From: Felis catus
Taxonomy: Eukaryota
Length of the DNA: 64,000 nt
Assembly (NCBI RefSeq): GCF_018350175.1
Contig: NC_058368.1
Location: 41,356,001 to 41,420,000 of the forward strand
Direction: 5' to 3'
Below the pieces are notes generated by a model. It did no database searches. It was not told the DNA's origin and saw nothing but the letters and a program-made list of their open reading frames with translations. The position numbers and the translations under genes were made by a program. Below are positions 51,563 to 64,000 of this stretch, one piece after another; the stretch's first letter is position 1; each line of letters begins with the position of its first letter.

Positions 51563-51821
51563 AATGATGATTGCATGTCATTTTGTATTTGTCAAAACCC
51601 ACAGGATATGCACCAAGAATGAGTTCTAACGTAAAATGTGGACTTCGGTTGATAATGATGTGTCAATGTGGTTCGTCCATTATAACAAATGTTATCAGTC
51701 TGTGGGAGATGTCGATAGTGGAGAAAGGTTGTGTGTGGCTGCAGGGAATATATGGAAACTATTTTCTGCTGATTTTTGCAGGGAACCTAAAACTGCTCTA
51801 AAGAAAAAAAGTCTGTTAATT
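51563..51821 (+). mobile_element. L1MC-type 3' end
   Basis: catgtcattttgtatttgtcaaaacccacag...ataatgatgtgtcaatgt...gaacctaaaactgctctaaa. Confidence 0.85.
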
Positions 51822-52015
51822 CTTTTTTTTTAAAAAATGCTACATTAGCTCTGATAAATATATTTCTCATAAACTTGCAGAATGGTTTACCACACCTAAC
51901 CTAGAAAACAGTTTTATCTTTTCCCCTCCAGCTTCTTGTGTCCACAACATAGAGAAAGAGAAGGCTGCAATAGTAAATGGCACAATTGTATGCACCGTTC
52001 TGGTGAAAACCTTTT

Positions 52016-52042
52016 GGGGCCGGGGGGGGGGGGGGGGGGGGG
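52016..52042 (+). repeat. G4-CC-G21 homopolymer tract
   Basis: gggg cc then 21 G (52022-52042). Confidence 0.95.
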
Positions 52043-52609
52043 AGCGTCTGACTAGGTATTACTTATATTCCTTCACTGCATGTTCAAGTGTGTGATATTA
52101 ACATGGAAGTCTAAAATAATACCACAAAAACAGAGAGACAAAGGGATAGAGAAATAGTTTTTAAGCCCATATAAGATAAAGAATACGTTTTAGTGTACAC
52201 AGTTACATAAATAATATAACGGTGTGATACAAAAATTTTTTAAAGTGTTATTGAGGCATGGGAGGAGGCAGCTACTCCTCCACAGTTATTAATTTTCAAT
52301 GGTTGCTCATTATTCAGAACTGATTAATCAAAATCTTTGATTTACGAAATATTTTAATCAACTGCCTAGATATGATTGGCTTATATGTCCTTGTTTATGT
52401 ACTAGTATATTTTAATTGTGTAATTAACAATCTTAAACATCATCCAAAATAACATCTAGTACTTTGAAAATAAACGATATCTAACCAAATGGTCTTCTGC
52501 TTTCATACCATTTCCTCCCTCCACTATTCATTCTAAATCTTTAGCTCCATATATGTCTAAAAAATGTATCTTGAGTTTTCTTTCACTACAAAAGGATATC
52601 ACTTCAAAA

Positions 52610-53506
52610 AACATTTTTCACTTGGTGTTATATTGGTAAAATTCATCCATAGTCTTAGATTTAGCTTTAATTGTTGTGTAATATACCATTTTCTGGTTAT
52701 ACAATGATAATTTATTTCTTAAATGTCAGGTCCATTAATGGGCACTTGAGTTGTTTCCAAGTTTTTGTTGTTGTGAACTTTACTGGTATCATACTTCTGA
52801 GCCTGTCTTTGATATGCAGGCACAAAAGAATCTTTTGTGGACATAGCTAGATAGAGTTTTCTGTGTTGCAGGATGTAAGAACAATCAACTTATGAAAATA
52901 ATGCTGTTTATTTTATAAATCAAACTGTTTCGGTAGTAAATCAATGAACTCTCCAACAAATAACATATAAGGGATTCTGTGGATCCTCTTGTCCCTAACA
53001 CCTGGTAATGCCAGATTAAATTTTGCCAGTGTAATAGAAATATGACAGAATGTCATAAAGTTGTTTTTGTATATTTTGCTGATCATAGATGAGGTTGTCT
53101 TTTTTTTTTTTTTAGACCTTAAGGAATATACACTTTTGTGTCTTTTGTCCATTTTTTCTGTTTTGTGTCTGTGTTCTTTTCATTGATTTGCTGATGTTTT
53201 TATGTAGTTTTGAAAGAAAACAATTATATTTTTTCAGTGTATAGGATCCTTTTTTACCTTCTTTTAATGTGTATTTTAATAAACAAGAGTTCTTAATTTT
53301 AATAGAGTCAAATTTGTTAAGCTTTTTTTGTATCTTATTCAATAAGTGTTTTTCTACACAATATTCAAAAGATAATTAATTTAAAAATTTACTGACAAAT
53401 TTAAAGTTTTATATTTTGACATTTCATCTTGAACCTACCTGGTGCCTTATTTGTCTGAGGCAGGGATCCAATTTCATCTTTTCCACTTGAATAACCTGTT
53501 TCTTCC
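52610..53506 (-). mobile_element. Old L1M (L1ME-like) ORF2 3' region
   Basis: aattcatccat...atgggcacttgagttgtttcca...ttcttaattttaatagagtcaaattt; ORF 53112..53342 NKFDSIKIKNSC resembles L1 ORF2. Confidence 0.78.
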
Positions 53507-54198
53507 TTTAACTTCCCAAAAAGCCCTTGCAGATGTGATGAAGAATTTTCAAGTACTTATGGACATTGTAGCACTTCAAAATCCTTTGAATAGAAAACAA
53601 TAGTGTTCCCATATCTTAAGGTAGATAATATCTCAGATATGAAAAATGATACTCAAGAAAGACAAAGGCAGAATTAGAAAAGTAGATTTTAACAAGGATC
53701 AGAGTTGTGAATTATATTTTTTTATGAAATAAACTTAATGATCTATATAGTTACTATGATCTATTCAAGACAGTGTTTTCATTTGGTTAAAACATCATGG
53801 GAGTTCACCACGAGGACCTGTAACCCTGAATATTTACCTAACTTTCACTTTATAAAATACTCACTACTAAAAGCTTTATGTTACAGATATTGAAGAAAGC
53901 AATTTGTGCTAAAAATATCTACCCTGAACGTAATTAGTGTTCCTTAATTGTCTGGAGAAAACCCTATTGAAGAGATATAGAACATATCATATGTATACAT
54001 TTTGTCAGATAATGAGAAAAAAATTGCTTTCTTTGGCAATGTCATACCTGAATAGAAAAAAAACAATTTTTTTAACTCACATAAATATAAATGCTAGAGA
54101 TACAGCTTTAAGAAAGTCTTTGATTAGCAAATAGTAAAAAAAGTTGGTTGCTTCTTGTTTGTTATTAATTTAGCCCAAAATATTATTTCTTGTGTTTT

Positions 54199-55275
54199 AT
54201 TTTTTTATTTTTTTCAATACATGAAATTTATTGTCAAATTGGTTTCCATACAACACCCAGTGCTCATCCCAAAAGGTGCCCTCCTCAATACCCATCACCC
54301 ACCCTCCCTCCCCCCCCGCCCCCCATCAACCCTCAGTTTGTTCTCAGTTTTTAAGAGTCTCTTATGCTTTGGCTCTCTCCCACTCTAACCTCTTTTTTTT
54401 TTTTCCTTCCCCTCCTCCATGGGTTTCTGTTAAGTTTCTCAGGATCCACGTAAGAGTGAACACATATGGTATCTGTCTTTCTCTGTATGGCTTATTTCAC
54501 TTAGCATCACACTCTCCAGTTCCATCCACGTTGCTACAAAGGGCCATATTTCATTCTTTCTCATTGCCACATAGTACTCTATTGTGTATATAAACCACAA
54601 TTTCTTTATCCATTCATCAGTTGATGGACATTTGAGCTCTTTCCATAATTTGACTATTGTTGAGAGTGCTGCTATAAACATTGGGGTACAAGTGCCCCTA
54701 TGCATCAGCACTCCTGTATCCCTTGGGTAAATTCCTAGCAGTGCTATTGCTGGGTCATAGGGTAGGTCTATTTTTAATTTTTTTAAGAACCTCCACACTG
54801 TTTTCCAGAGTGGCTGCACCAGTTTGCATTCCCACCAACAGTGCAAGAGGGTTCCCGTTTCTCCACATCTTCTCCAGCATCAATAGTCTCCTGATTTGTT
54901 CATTTTGGCCACTCTGACTGGCGTGAGGTGATATCTCAGTGTGGTTTTGATGTGTATTTCCCTGATGAGGAGTGACGTTGAGCATCTTTTCATATGCCTG
55001 TTGGCCATCCGGATGTCTTCTTTAGAGAAGTGTCTATTCGTGTTTTCTGCCCATTTCTTCACTGGGTTGTTTTTCGGGTGTGGAGTTTGGTGAGCTATTT
55101 ATAGATTTTGGATACTAGCCCTTTGTCCGATATGTCATTTGCAAATATCTTTTCCCATTCGGTTGTTTGCCTTTTAGTTTTGTTGGTTGTTTCCTTTGCT
55201 GTGCAGAAAGTTTTTATCTTCATAAGGTCCCAGTAGTTCATTTTTGCTTTTAATTCCCTTGCCTTTGGGGATGTG
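54199..55275 (-). mobile_element. Feline-type LINE-1, 5'-truncated (about 1.08 kb)
   Basis: ORF2 C-terminal ORFs 54439..55298(-); perfect 15-bp TSD tatttcttgtgtttt at 54184-54198 and 55276-55290, followed by aa (canonical TT/AAAA endonuclease site on minus). Confidence 0.98.
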
Positions 55276-56057
55276 TATTTCTTGTGTTTTAACAACAAAC
55301 AAGATATTCATTTTCTATAAAATTTACAACTTGAAATCACAAGATATAATGTATTTTTTCTAACAGTTTTATATATAGAAGGCACCTCGTCAGATTGAAA
55401 ATTAGTGTGTTATAGTATTGCATATGCTAGATCAGAGATTTTAACTTATGTACCAAAAAAGAAAAAATGCTAACAGATAAAACTTTAAATTTCTATGATA
55501 CACCCTTATTCTCAAGAACCAGAAAACTCTGAGGCTGTTTATGCAAAAGACAGCCAAAGAAGCATATAATGTATATTTTTTCCTGTGTTTATGTGACACA
55601 ATCTATTACTTTGTAGCACAGCAATGTATCTGGTTTATCACTTTGAAATTTAGTGCTAACTACCCTAAGAGTTCCCAGGTGCTCATGGAAGTTATTTTCT
55701 GCTTTGAAACATCAAGGTATGGAGGGCTATATCTATTTCTTTCATTTCACTTTTAACTATATGAAATGAAGTGTTATAAGTCAACCTTATTATCTGGCTT
55801 TTAAGATGACTATATCCACTCTTATGTTAAGGAAGGATGAAATTGTTTGTCTATAATTAACATTATTTTCAATATCAAAGTAGAAATATTTCACATTTCA
55901 TTTCATAATTTTTGGCCAGGTGAGTAATTTAGTAACACCATTATAATTTGCATGATTTTTATAGCATATATTAGAGTTCAGGAAAAAGCAGGCATTCAAT
56001 TTTCAAATTTTATGTAAGACAATGCTTAATTGTGAAAAAATAAAACATAAATTGACA

Positions 56058-56096
56058 TTAAGTATAAAAATTAAGTATAAAAATTAAGTTTAAAAA
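56058..56096. repeat. 13-bp tandem repeat x3 (ttaagtataaaaa)
   Basis: Two perfect units plus one with a single mismatch. Confidence 0.9.
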
Positions 56097-56462
56097 ATGT
56101 GAACCAAGAGAACAAAAAGACAATGCAATAAACACTGTAATTTAACATGCTTGTCATAAAAATATTATCCGTTCCATGCTTAAGTCTTAACGCCCTCAAT
56201 TTGTTGTTGAGGCTTCCCTAATGTTACAGTTCAGTGTATTATTTCCCCATTTGATCTGATGTTATGAACAACGTTAGTTCAGTTACAAAGTCAAAATCCT
56301 TAGCTTCACCACAGATAGCTAAATAAATATTAATATCCAGGTGTAAGGCTTGGAATTGTATCATTTAATACATTCATCATCTAATTCTTATCAGGGAAGT
56401 TTGATAATGTCTGTACAAATGTAATTATTCTCAGTCATGATTGGTGTCAGCTTTAAATTCAA

Positions 56463-56677
56463 TTTTTTTAACGTTTTATTTATTTTTGAGACAGAGAGAG
56501 AGAGAGACAGAGCATGAACAGGGGAGGATGAGACAGAGAGGGAGACAGAATCTGAAACAGGCTCCAGGCTCTGAGCCATCAGCCCAGAGCCCAATGCGGG
56601 GCTTGAACTCACGGACCATGAGATCATGACCTGAGCCGAAGTCGGATGCTTAACCGACTGAGCCACCCAGGCGCCCC
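56463..56677 (-). mobile_element. Fairly young Can-SINE
   Basis: Ends gagccacccaggcgcccc; TSD taaattcaa at 56454-56462 and 56678-56686. Confidence 0.97.
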
Positions 56678-57903
56678 TAAATTCAAAAGAAGCTATACCA
56701 AGGAAATGTTTTTACATTTCCCATAGTTTTTGGTCCTAGTGAGTATCCACATTTGGTTTGAAACTAATAACTATTTCAGATAATTCTAGAAAAAAATATA
56801 TAGACATATTTAATTTCCAAAATGTTAAACATAAGAAAGCTAAAATATACAAACAATATATTTACCACAAACCTTTATTGCTAGAATTAAATCTAATATA
56901 TTCATTTTAAATAAAGTGTAATACTCCATTGTAATATACCACAATTTTTTTAACGTATTTCCCACTGATGCACATTGGCTGTAAAATAAAATCATTATAC
57001 ATGTCTATTTTTCCATAAGTGGAATACATGTTTTCTGTGCTTGCTATCTTCAGTGTTCTGTAAGCCCTTGTAGACTGTAGTCTGAAGTGTTGCAGGTAAG
57101 GGATGCAATCCATGTCCAGAGTTTTTGTCAGTTTCAGTAGGGACAAAATCATCATTCCTTTCAAGGGAGAAGGAGCCTATGTAATCAATCTGCTGGTAAA
57201 TCTCACTAAGTAATAGTGTGAATCAAAGCTCAGCCACATTCTCTGCTACTGACATTTGGATATCCATCAGTGACAGCAGCTAGAAGATTCTTGGCAGGGT
57301 TGATTCCATATTTCTAAGCCAATGCATAATCTCCATCCCTGCACCTATGTGCCTATGCTCTTGTACCTACTGCACTAGCATTGGGATGACCAAGAAGAGA
57401 CATTTGTTGTCAGCCCCAGGACAAATCTGTTTGAATTGGTCAATGTGTTGGAGCAGGATTTCTATTTTTATTTTTTTGAGCAAGATTTTTAAATAAGATA
57501 AATGTTTCCATGGCAATCCAAAGAGGTCTACCAAAAGGACCAAAACTGAGAGTTTTAGTGGTACCAACTTTCAAGATTCAAATCACTTTCATTAAGTTTA
57601 AAAGATATGTCTCAGCAAGACCTATATCATTGGATTTTACTTATTTAGCAGACCCCTGAACCATTGAAGTATTTATCTTATTGCTGCTAACAGGCATGTT
57701 TGTTACTAGGCTACCTAAAATACTTACTAGTTCCTGCTTGGCAGGCCCAATTAGTATGCGTGTTAAAAATATAGCGGATCAGTTGGTGTTTACTGAATAC
57801 TAATATAATTAAAGTATCTGTAGGTGATCAGGAGAGTTAACATCAAAAATGGGCAAAAAGGTAAATGTATATTTCTCTCCTTGCCATATGAGAACTAACA
57901 AGA

Positions 57904-57906
57904 TTT

Positions 57907-57970
<64 letters not shown>

Positions 57971-58044
57971 TCCTTCCTTCCTTCCTTCCTTCCTTCCTTC
58001 CTTCCTTCCTTCCTTCCTTCCTCCCTCCCTCCCTCCCTCCCTCT

Positions 58045-58103
<59 letters not shown>

Positions 58104-58162
58104 CTTTCTTCCTCCCTCCCTCCCTCTCTCCCTCCCTCTTCTCTCTCTCTCTCCATTTTTCT

Positions 58163-58207
<45 letters not shown>

Positions 58208-58211
58208 TCTT
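57904..58211. repeat. Compound (TTTC)n(TTCC)n(TCCC)n microsatellite
   Basis: Direct reading; single purine at 58155. Confidence 0.98.
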
Positions 58212-58584
58212 AGCCTTCTGCCTCTTCCTAAATAAAATGCCAAAGAACTTCTAGTAATTACATCATATTGATATAAATCCATCATCATTTCCATGCCTTA
58301 ATAAAAGAATGCAGACAAATCATTAGAACCACTCAAATATCCTGGCTAGGCCAGTGCATCCAGGGTAAAGAATAACTGCCTCCATATCTTTAACTTTTCC
58401 TTATATTATAACCTACAATCCACTCCCACCCATGTTCTCATGATTCCCACTGATACTTACCCAGAACCTGCAATTTTTTGGCATACACTATTTTCTTCTA
58501 TCCAGGAACTCTTTTCCCCTATTCACACAACTGAGCCACGACCAAAAGTAATACACATAGAGTCAGTTAGAAGTGGCAAAGGTA

Positions 58585-58750
58585 GGGGGGGCCTGGGTGG
58601 CTCAGTCGGTTGAGTGTCCAACTGTGGCTCAGGTTATGATCTTGCAGTTTGTGAGTTCAAGCCCCACTTTGGGCTCTGTGCTGACAGCTCAGAGCCTGGA
58701 GCTTGCTTTGGATTCTGTGTCACCCTCTCTCTCTGCCCCTCCCCAGCTTG

Positions 58751-58786
<36 letters not shown>

Positions 58787-58813
58787 AATAAATTCACATT
58801 AAAGAATTTTTTT
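58585..58813 (+). mobile_element. Can-SINE
   Basis: gcctgggtggctcagtcggttgag head, (CT)n; TSD aagt(g/a)gcaaagg. Confidence 0.96.
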
Positions 58814-59536
58814 AAGTAGCAAAGGAAAGTATTAAGGAAAACTAGCATCATTTTTAAGTAATTGTTTTGGTTAATTGTTGCATGGGCTCGGTGTAAATTC
58901 GAGGTTCTAAGAATCTCAGGCTTATTACACACAAAACCATCATCTCAGATCTCAAGGATGGACTCATTCCCAATTATATCAGAGATTTCCAATGCTGAGA
59001 AGAGCTTCACTAATTCCTAGGATATTTTTTCAAGCTACTAGACCTTGAAAAGTCTTCAGAGGATCAATCAATTTCCAAGAAAGTAAAGTCTGTGTAGCTT
59101 GACTGGAGGTTTGGATGTCAAAACTTATCTAGAATATATGCATTTTGTACATCATCAGAACTCAATGATGAAGAGTGTTTCCTTCACTTTAAAAAAAAAG
59201 TATTCGTACTAAAATATGTTCTCTTAACTTTAATTTTATTGTATATATCATATAGAAATTTTCTTTGGGGCTATAAAAATGTCAGGTTTTTGTTCTATCA
59301 AGAAGAATCTTTTTAACTTTTCATTATGAACTCCACCCACAAGGGCTCTTTGGCAGATATCAAGAAATACCCTAAATTGTAGTGTTGAGATAAAGATCAA
59401 ACATTTATATTAGAAACAAAAAAGTTTTTTGTAGGATATAAATTCAAACTGAGAGCTTTAAATTCTGTATACCTGATATATGTTAATAGAAGCAGGGATA
59501 GATGCCTCTATTTTGTTAAGAATTAGAATGAAAATA

Positions 59537-59758
59537 GGGGCACCTGAGTGGCTCAGTTGGTTGAGCCTCTGACATCAGCTCAGATCAAGACAAGATCCCA
59601 TGGTTCATGAGTTTGAGCCCCACACTGGGCTCTCTATTAGTGCAAAGCCCTTTTCAGATCCTCTGTCCCCTCTCTCTTTGTCCCTCCCCAACTTGCACAC
59701 ACGTTTCCTCTCTGTCTCTCTCTCTCTCTCAAAAAAAAAAAAAAAAAAAATTCAAAAA
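59537..59758 (+). mobile_element. Can-SINE
   Basis: ggggcacctgagtggctcagttggttgag head, A20 tail; TSD agaattNNaatgaaaata. Confidence 0.94.
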
Positions 59759-59860
59759 GAGAATTCAAATGAAAATATACCAGTATATTTCAACTAAATA
59801 GGCTGTGGCATGAAAATCTACAACATGCCTAAACTATTGTTAAAGAGAAAGTAATCTCCT

Positions 59861-60087
59861 GGGGAACCTGGGTGGGTCAGTTGGTTGAGTGTTTGACTTT
59901 GGCTCAAGTCATGATCTCACAGTCTGTGAGCCCAAGACCTGCGTCAGGCCCTGTGCTAACATCTCAGAGCCTGGAGCCTGCTTCAGATTCTGTGTCTCCC
60001 TCTCTCTCTGCACCTCCCTCACTTGTGCTTGTGTGTGTCTCTTTCTCAAAAATAAATAAACATTGGAAAAAATTATAAACAAAATAA
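59861..60087 (+). mobile_element. Can-SINE
   Basis: Typical body; TSD aaagtaatctc at 59848-59858 and 60088-60098. Confidence 0.95.
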
Positions 60088-63000
60088 AAAGTAATCTCAA
60101 AAGTTATAACAGAAACTTTATTCAATTGATTAAAGTAGTCCCTAAGAGTAGTTTTGTTGTATTTCGGTTGAGTTTTGTTTGCTAGTTTTGTTTTATGGTA
60201 TAACAGAATAAAAATGACATTATAAGGAAAGGCAATATGTTGATTGATAGGAGGAAAAAGTGAAAAATAGACATGAGAAAAAAAAGGGGGGCTTTCTTCA
60301 AAAATAAAGTATTTTCTGTTAAGACTCTCTTCTAACCCCTGATCCTGTAAAATACTACCGCAATATAAGCGGGCCTCAAATTTTAGGATTCAACCCCAGT
60401 CCCCGGGGCTTATTTAACAGAAAGTGCTCTTTTTACCTCTTTTATCCTCACTTCTTGGGGGTCACCCTTGACTGCACGTGAAGCAAAGAGCTCTAGAAAC
60501 ACTCTAACTTCCTTTACACTGTTGTCAACTCCAGCGGCCTCTCCTCTCTCTCTTGCCATTCCTGGGTGTGGTTTGCAGAGTCCATTGCGATTTTTTGGCA
60601 AGAGTGTGAAGCTTCTGCAGTTTTCATAAAACGAGAAGAAACAAACATATAATATTGTCTGAAGAAGACAAGAAAAGAGAAGCCAGAGGGTTTTTTTAAT
60701 CTTTTTCCCCCACTGCTACACTACAGTTCAGAGAAACATTTCTTGAATATAGTAGGTACTCAATAAATGTATCCAAGGGAAAGGATGCACATTCATACTT
60801 CGCACAACCCTCTAATCGCTAAAATGCAGGTCACAAATGGTTGTACTCTAAGCCTGACATTGTTTTGACATCAAATATCCTGATGTTCTTTTCATATCAA
60901 ATAAGGTGCTAAAAACTAAATACAAAGCAAACAAAAACCCATGAAAAAACTCTACACAGTATTTCTATATATGAGATATATCTATACAGTTTCATGTGCT
61001 TAATACAAAGTCATTAAATCCCACTGAAAAAAATTACCTACAGAAAATTAATTCAACTCTGCTTAATCAAGACTAAATAGCATTCTCCCAGCTCACATCC
61101 CCGATTAAGTGGAGTCTCCATTCCTTTTATACCTTCTTAGATTTTTATATTTTGTAGATTAAGCCAGTTTATTGCCTCTATAATAGTCCAATTATAATAG
61201 TCGTCAGTATAATCTTTTCGAAGGATTCCTTTTGTGAGCAAATCTTAGACCACTACCATCTCTTACAAACCAGAAGGGAGGTATTTGAATACTGTGATTA
61301 TTTCAAATTATCAGGTAAGGTAGCAGGAAGGTAACGTGTGTTACTATCTTTGTAACGATAAAACCCTTTCCTTAGCTAGTATGGCGTAGAACAAATGGGT
61401 TACATGTAGCCAGAATGTTTTCTGTCCAACTGCATGTTTAAGAGAGGAGGCAGGGTCCGTGCCAGCAGGAGGGAAACCCCTCAGCATAGATTTCCCAACC
61501 TAAGACTTGTTGTGAAGGTCATGTATGATGTTATATAATTGTCACCTTGAAAACTTCTTTGATAGCTTGAACTTTACGACTTGCAAGCAGTGCTGGGCTG
61601 CCAAGTAGAGCACATTTTCCAGGTTTCTGAGTCCACGCTTGAGCTAAATAAAGTGTGACAAATCCCCTGAGGCCAGCCCAGGCTTTTCATGCCATGAGAA
61701 CCTCTGACTCAAAAGTTACACACTCTTAAAGTAATATAAGACTGCACAGCCAACTACAGAGGTTGCCTGCAGTAGGAAAGAAACTCTCCTGAGACCATGT
61801 CTACGTGATATCTCCAGAATCCTTCAGAAGTGACCATAAAATAAAACCTCTGATGTTTTCTTCCTAAAGAAAATAGCTAATTAAATAACATGAAGAGAGT
61901 GTGATGATCTGGATTTTGAATTTTTTCTTTGTCCTTGCCAGCTGACTTACCTGACATTTGCAGGAAACCAATTTGAGATGAATTGATGACTATACAAAGC
62001 AAGTTTTAACCTTGAAAAACCAGCACTGAACCAGCATCTCCTCATATCCTGGGGTGCTCGAGACATGAACTCTTGACTGTAAGCCTTCTCAACTCCCAGT
62101 AAAAAAGCACAAAAATAAACAACAAACACAAAAGCTTGTTGCCTTTTGAAATGGTTTTTTTAGCTACCATAATAACACGGGTGGGTTTCTTAACATTGTT
62201 TGGCCAGCTTTTAAATCTAGCTTTCTCTGACAATTTCTTATGAAAGTGAAATGAGGGTGTGGCTAGCATATCCATCCATCACCAAAAACCTTTTTTTTTT
62301 CATATTTCAAATATCAAAACCCAGGAAGAATTAGCATCATTGCAACTAGCTGGTTAAGAAATGTTAATAAAAGTGGTGACTAAAAATGTACATTATTGTT
62401 TTTCTTTTAAAAGGGAGCTACAGCATTCACACACAGTCTCAGAGGCTGGGACAATAAAATGGCTCAATGTGAAGCAGAAAAACTTACTCCCAATTTTTGA
62501 TACCACGTTTTTCTACCCATTTTTCACATAACACATAATAATTTGGCAATTATTTTCAGAGTCAACTTCAGGTGTAGCCAGTGAAATTAACAATTATGCT
62601 GTATAACCACTGGGTTTCTAGGTAAACCTCCCACCCCCTTCCCACTTTAGGCCCATCCAGATAGGTGTTGCATCAGGAGCCCCATGTGTCTCCGACCTGC
62701 CTGAAATCTCAAGAGTTTTTTCAGAGGAGAAAGTTCCATCAAAGAAGGAATGGATATGAAGATTCACCATGTGACAAATAGAGAGCCAACTGTACTTTAC
62801 ATATTATTTAATTACATTAGACAGGTATTAAAAAGAATATTCTGCCAGCAAATAACTTCCCAGACATTTCCAGAGGGTGGAAAATGCATTTTTTGTCGAA
62901 GTAAGTTTGAAAATGTATTGTTATTGTTGTTGATTTACCAGACACATTTACATATTAAAGGATTTGGAAAATTTGCAGTAAGAAAAGTTGTGTAATAGAG

Positions 63001-63256
63001 TTAAAGCAATCATTTTTCCAAATGCATTTGACAAATGCATCTATCTTACGTTTTTCAAACAATACTTATGAGCATCCTATTGTTTCCTGTCCTATGAAGC
63101 TGGGAAAATCAAGAAAAGAATATTCCTGACTTCTGCCTGACTTTTGGAATCACTCCATCCCCAGGACTTATTACAAAGTGACCAAACAATATTGAAGAAC
63201 ACTTACAAGCTTATATTTTCTCAATTTGAAAAGGAAATAATCCAATTCCAATTTTA

Positions 63257-63351
63257 TTTTTATGTTTTTTCTTTATCCAATGTGGGGCTTGAATTCATAA
63301 CCTGAATATCAAGAGTCACATGTTCTACTGACTGAGCCAGCCAGGGGCCCC
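63257..63351 (-). mobile_element. Short tRNA-Lys-like SINE (old Can-SINE type, no CT tract)
   Basis: Minus strand ggggcccctggctggctcagtcagtagaacatgtgactcttgat...ttcaagccccacattgg + A-rich tail; TSD ttccaatttta. Confidence 0.88.
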
Positions 63352-63596
63352 ACTTCCAATTTTAGTTCAGAGATACAAGGAAATGAAGAGTGTCACTTCC
63401 CACTGTTCCAAAAGAAAACACTGGACAATCTTCAAACTAATGGTTTTCTGAAGCTCATCAAAGAACTGAGGTCGCAGAACAGACTAACCTGAAATCTGGA
63501 GAGGATGCCATGAGGTAGAAAGAAACTTAAGCAATTCCTTATGCAAGTCAGATGCCACTGGCCATCATATAAGTAGGAAAGAAGATTCAGTAAGAA

Positions 63597-63660
63597 TTAA
63601 TTAATTAATTTATTTATTTATTTTAGAGAGAGAGAGAGAGTAGGAGCAGGGGAGAGGGGC

Positions 63661-63709
<49 letters not shown>

Positions 63710-63831
63710 CTTAAGCAGGGTCCACATTCAGCGTGGAGCCTGAGGCGGGCTTGATCTCACGACCCTAGGATCATGACCTGAGTTACAATCAAGAGTTGGA
63801 CATTCAGCCAGCTGAGCCAATCAGGTGCTTC
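63597..63831 (-). mobile_element. Can-SINE with expanded (GA)n
   Basis: agaatcttaagcagg...gatcatgacctgag...aatcaagagttggac; flanking cagt(g)aagaatt duplication. Confidence 0.94.
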
Positions 63832-64000
63832 CAGTGAAGAATTTTTAATAAATTGCTAAACCTCTAACTGTGGGCTCTCAAGACAGTGTAAGGCACCTGA
63901 GGACCACGGGCATAGGTAGGATTCCCAGCCACATTCAGGCTTCCTCTCTCAGGAGCTCCATTAATTGATCAATGAGAATATCAGGATGAATCCTGAGAAA

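Noticed and set aside
57030..57101. 42-nt exon-like segment (cttcag ... CAG/gtaagg)
   Set aside because: Stops in all three frames; such site pairs are expected by chance
57809..58294. 161-aa and 128-aa ORFs (KERK/FFLS repeats)
   Set aside because: Translations of the stop-free tetranucleotide microsatellite
61944..62010. Perfect minus-strand donor CAG/gtaagt
   Set aside because: No convincing acceptor or recognisable peptide; single donors are common by chance
1..64000. CRISPR array, operon or other prokaryote-like system; functional tRNA/rRNA genes
   Set aside because: Mammalian repeat landscape; no regularly spaced repeat-spacer array; tRNA-like sequences are SINE heads

Overview
AT-rich, repeat-dense mammalian genomic DNA. 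The tRNA-derived SINEs match the feline Can-SINE type (SINEC_Fc-like, head ggggcgcctgggtggcgcagtcggttaagcgtccgact) and the young LINE-1s look feline, so the source is very probably a felid. I find no recognisable host protein-coding gene, RNA gene or CpG island; the window looks intronic or intergenic. Contents: a 4.6 kb 5'-truncated, frameshifted L1 (2819-7388, minus, 17-bp TSD) with a young SINE inside ORF2; two shorter L1 3' ends; about 24 Can-SINEs; a heavily decayed ERV-L pol region (RT, RNase H, integrase, dUTPase) with an LTR16-like 3' LTR that the ORF track misses; several MaLR/MLT1 and LTR33-like LTRs; L2, MIR, old L1M and MER5 relics; and microsatellites, including a 308-bp almost pure polypyrimidine tract. 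Family names are from recalled consensus sequences, not a database search, and boundaries of old elements are approximate. I see no convincing novel biological system. The best oddities are a nest of overlapping hairpins and templated repeats at 14341-14430, a SINE with 35 bp of extra 3' sequence inside its TSD, and a few low-confidence splice or regulatory candidates.
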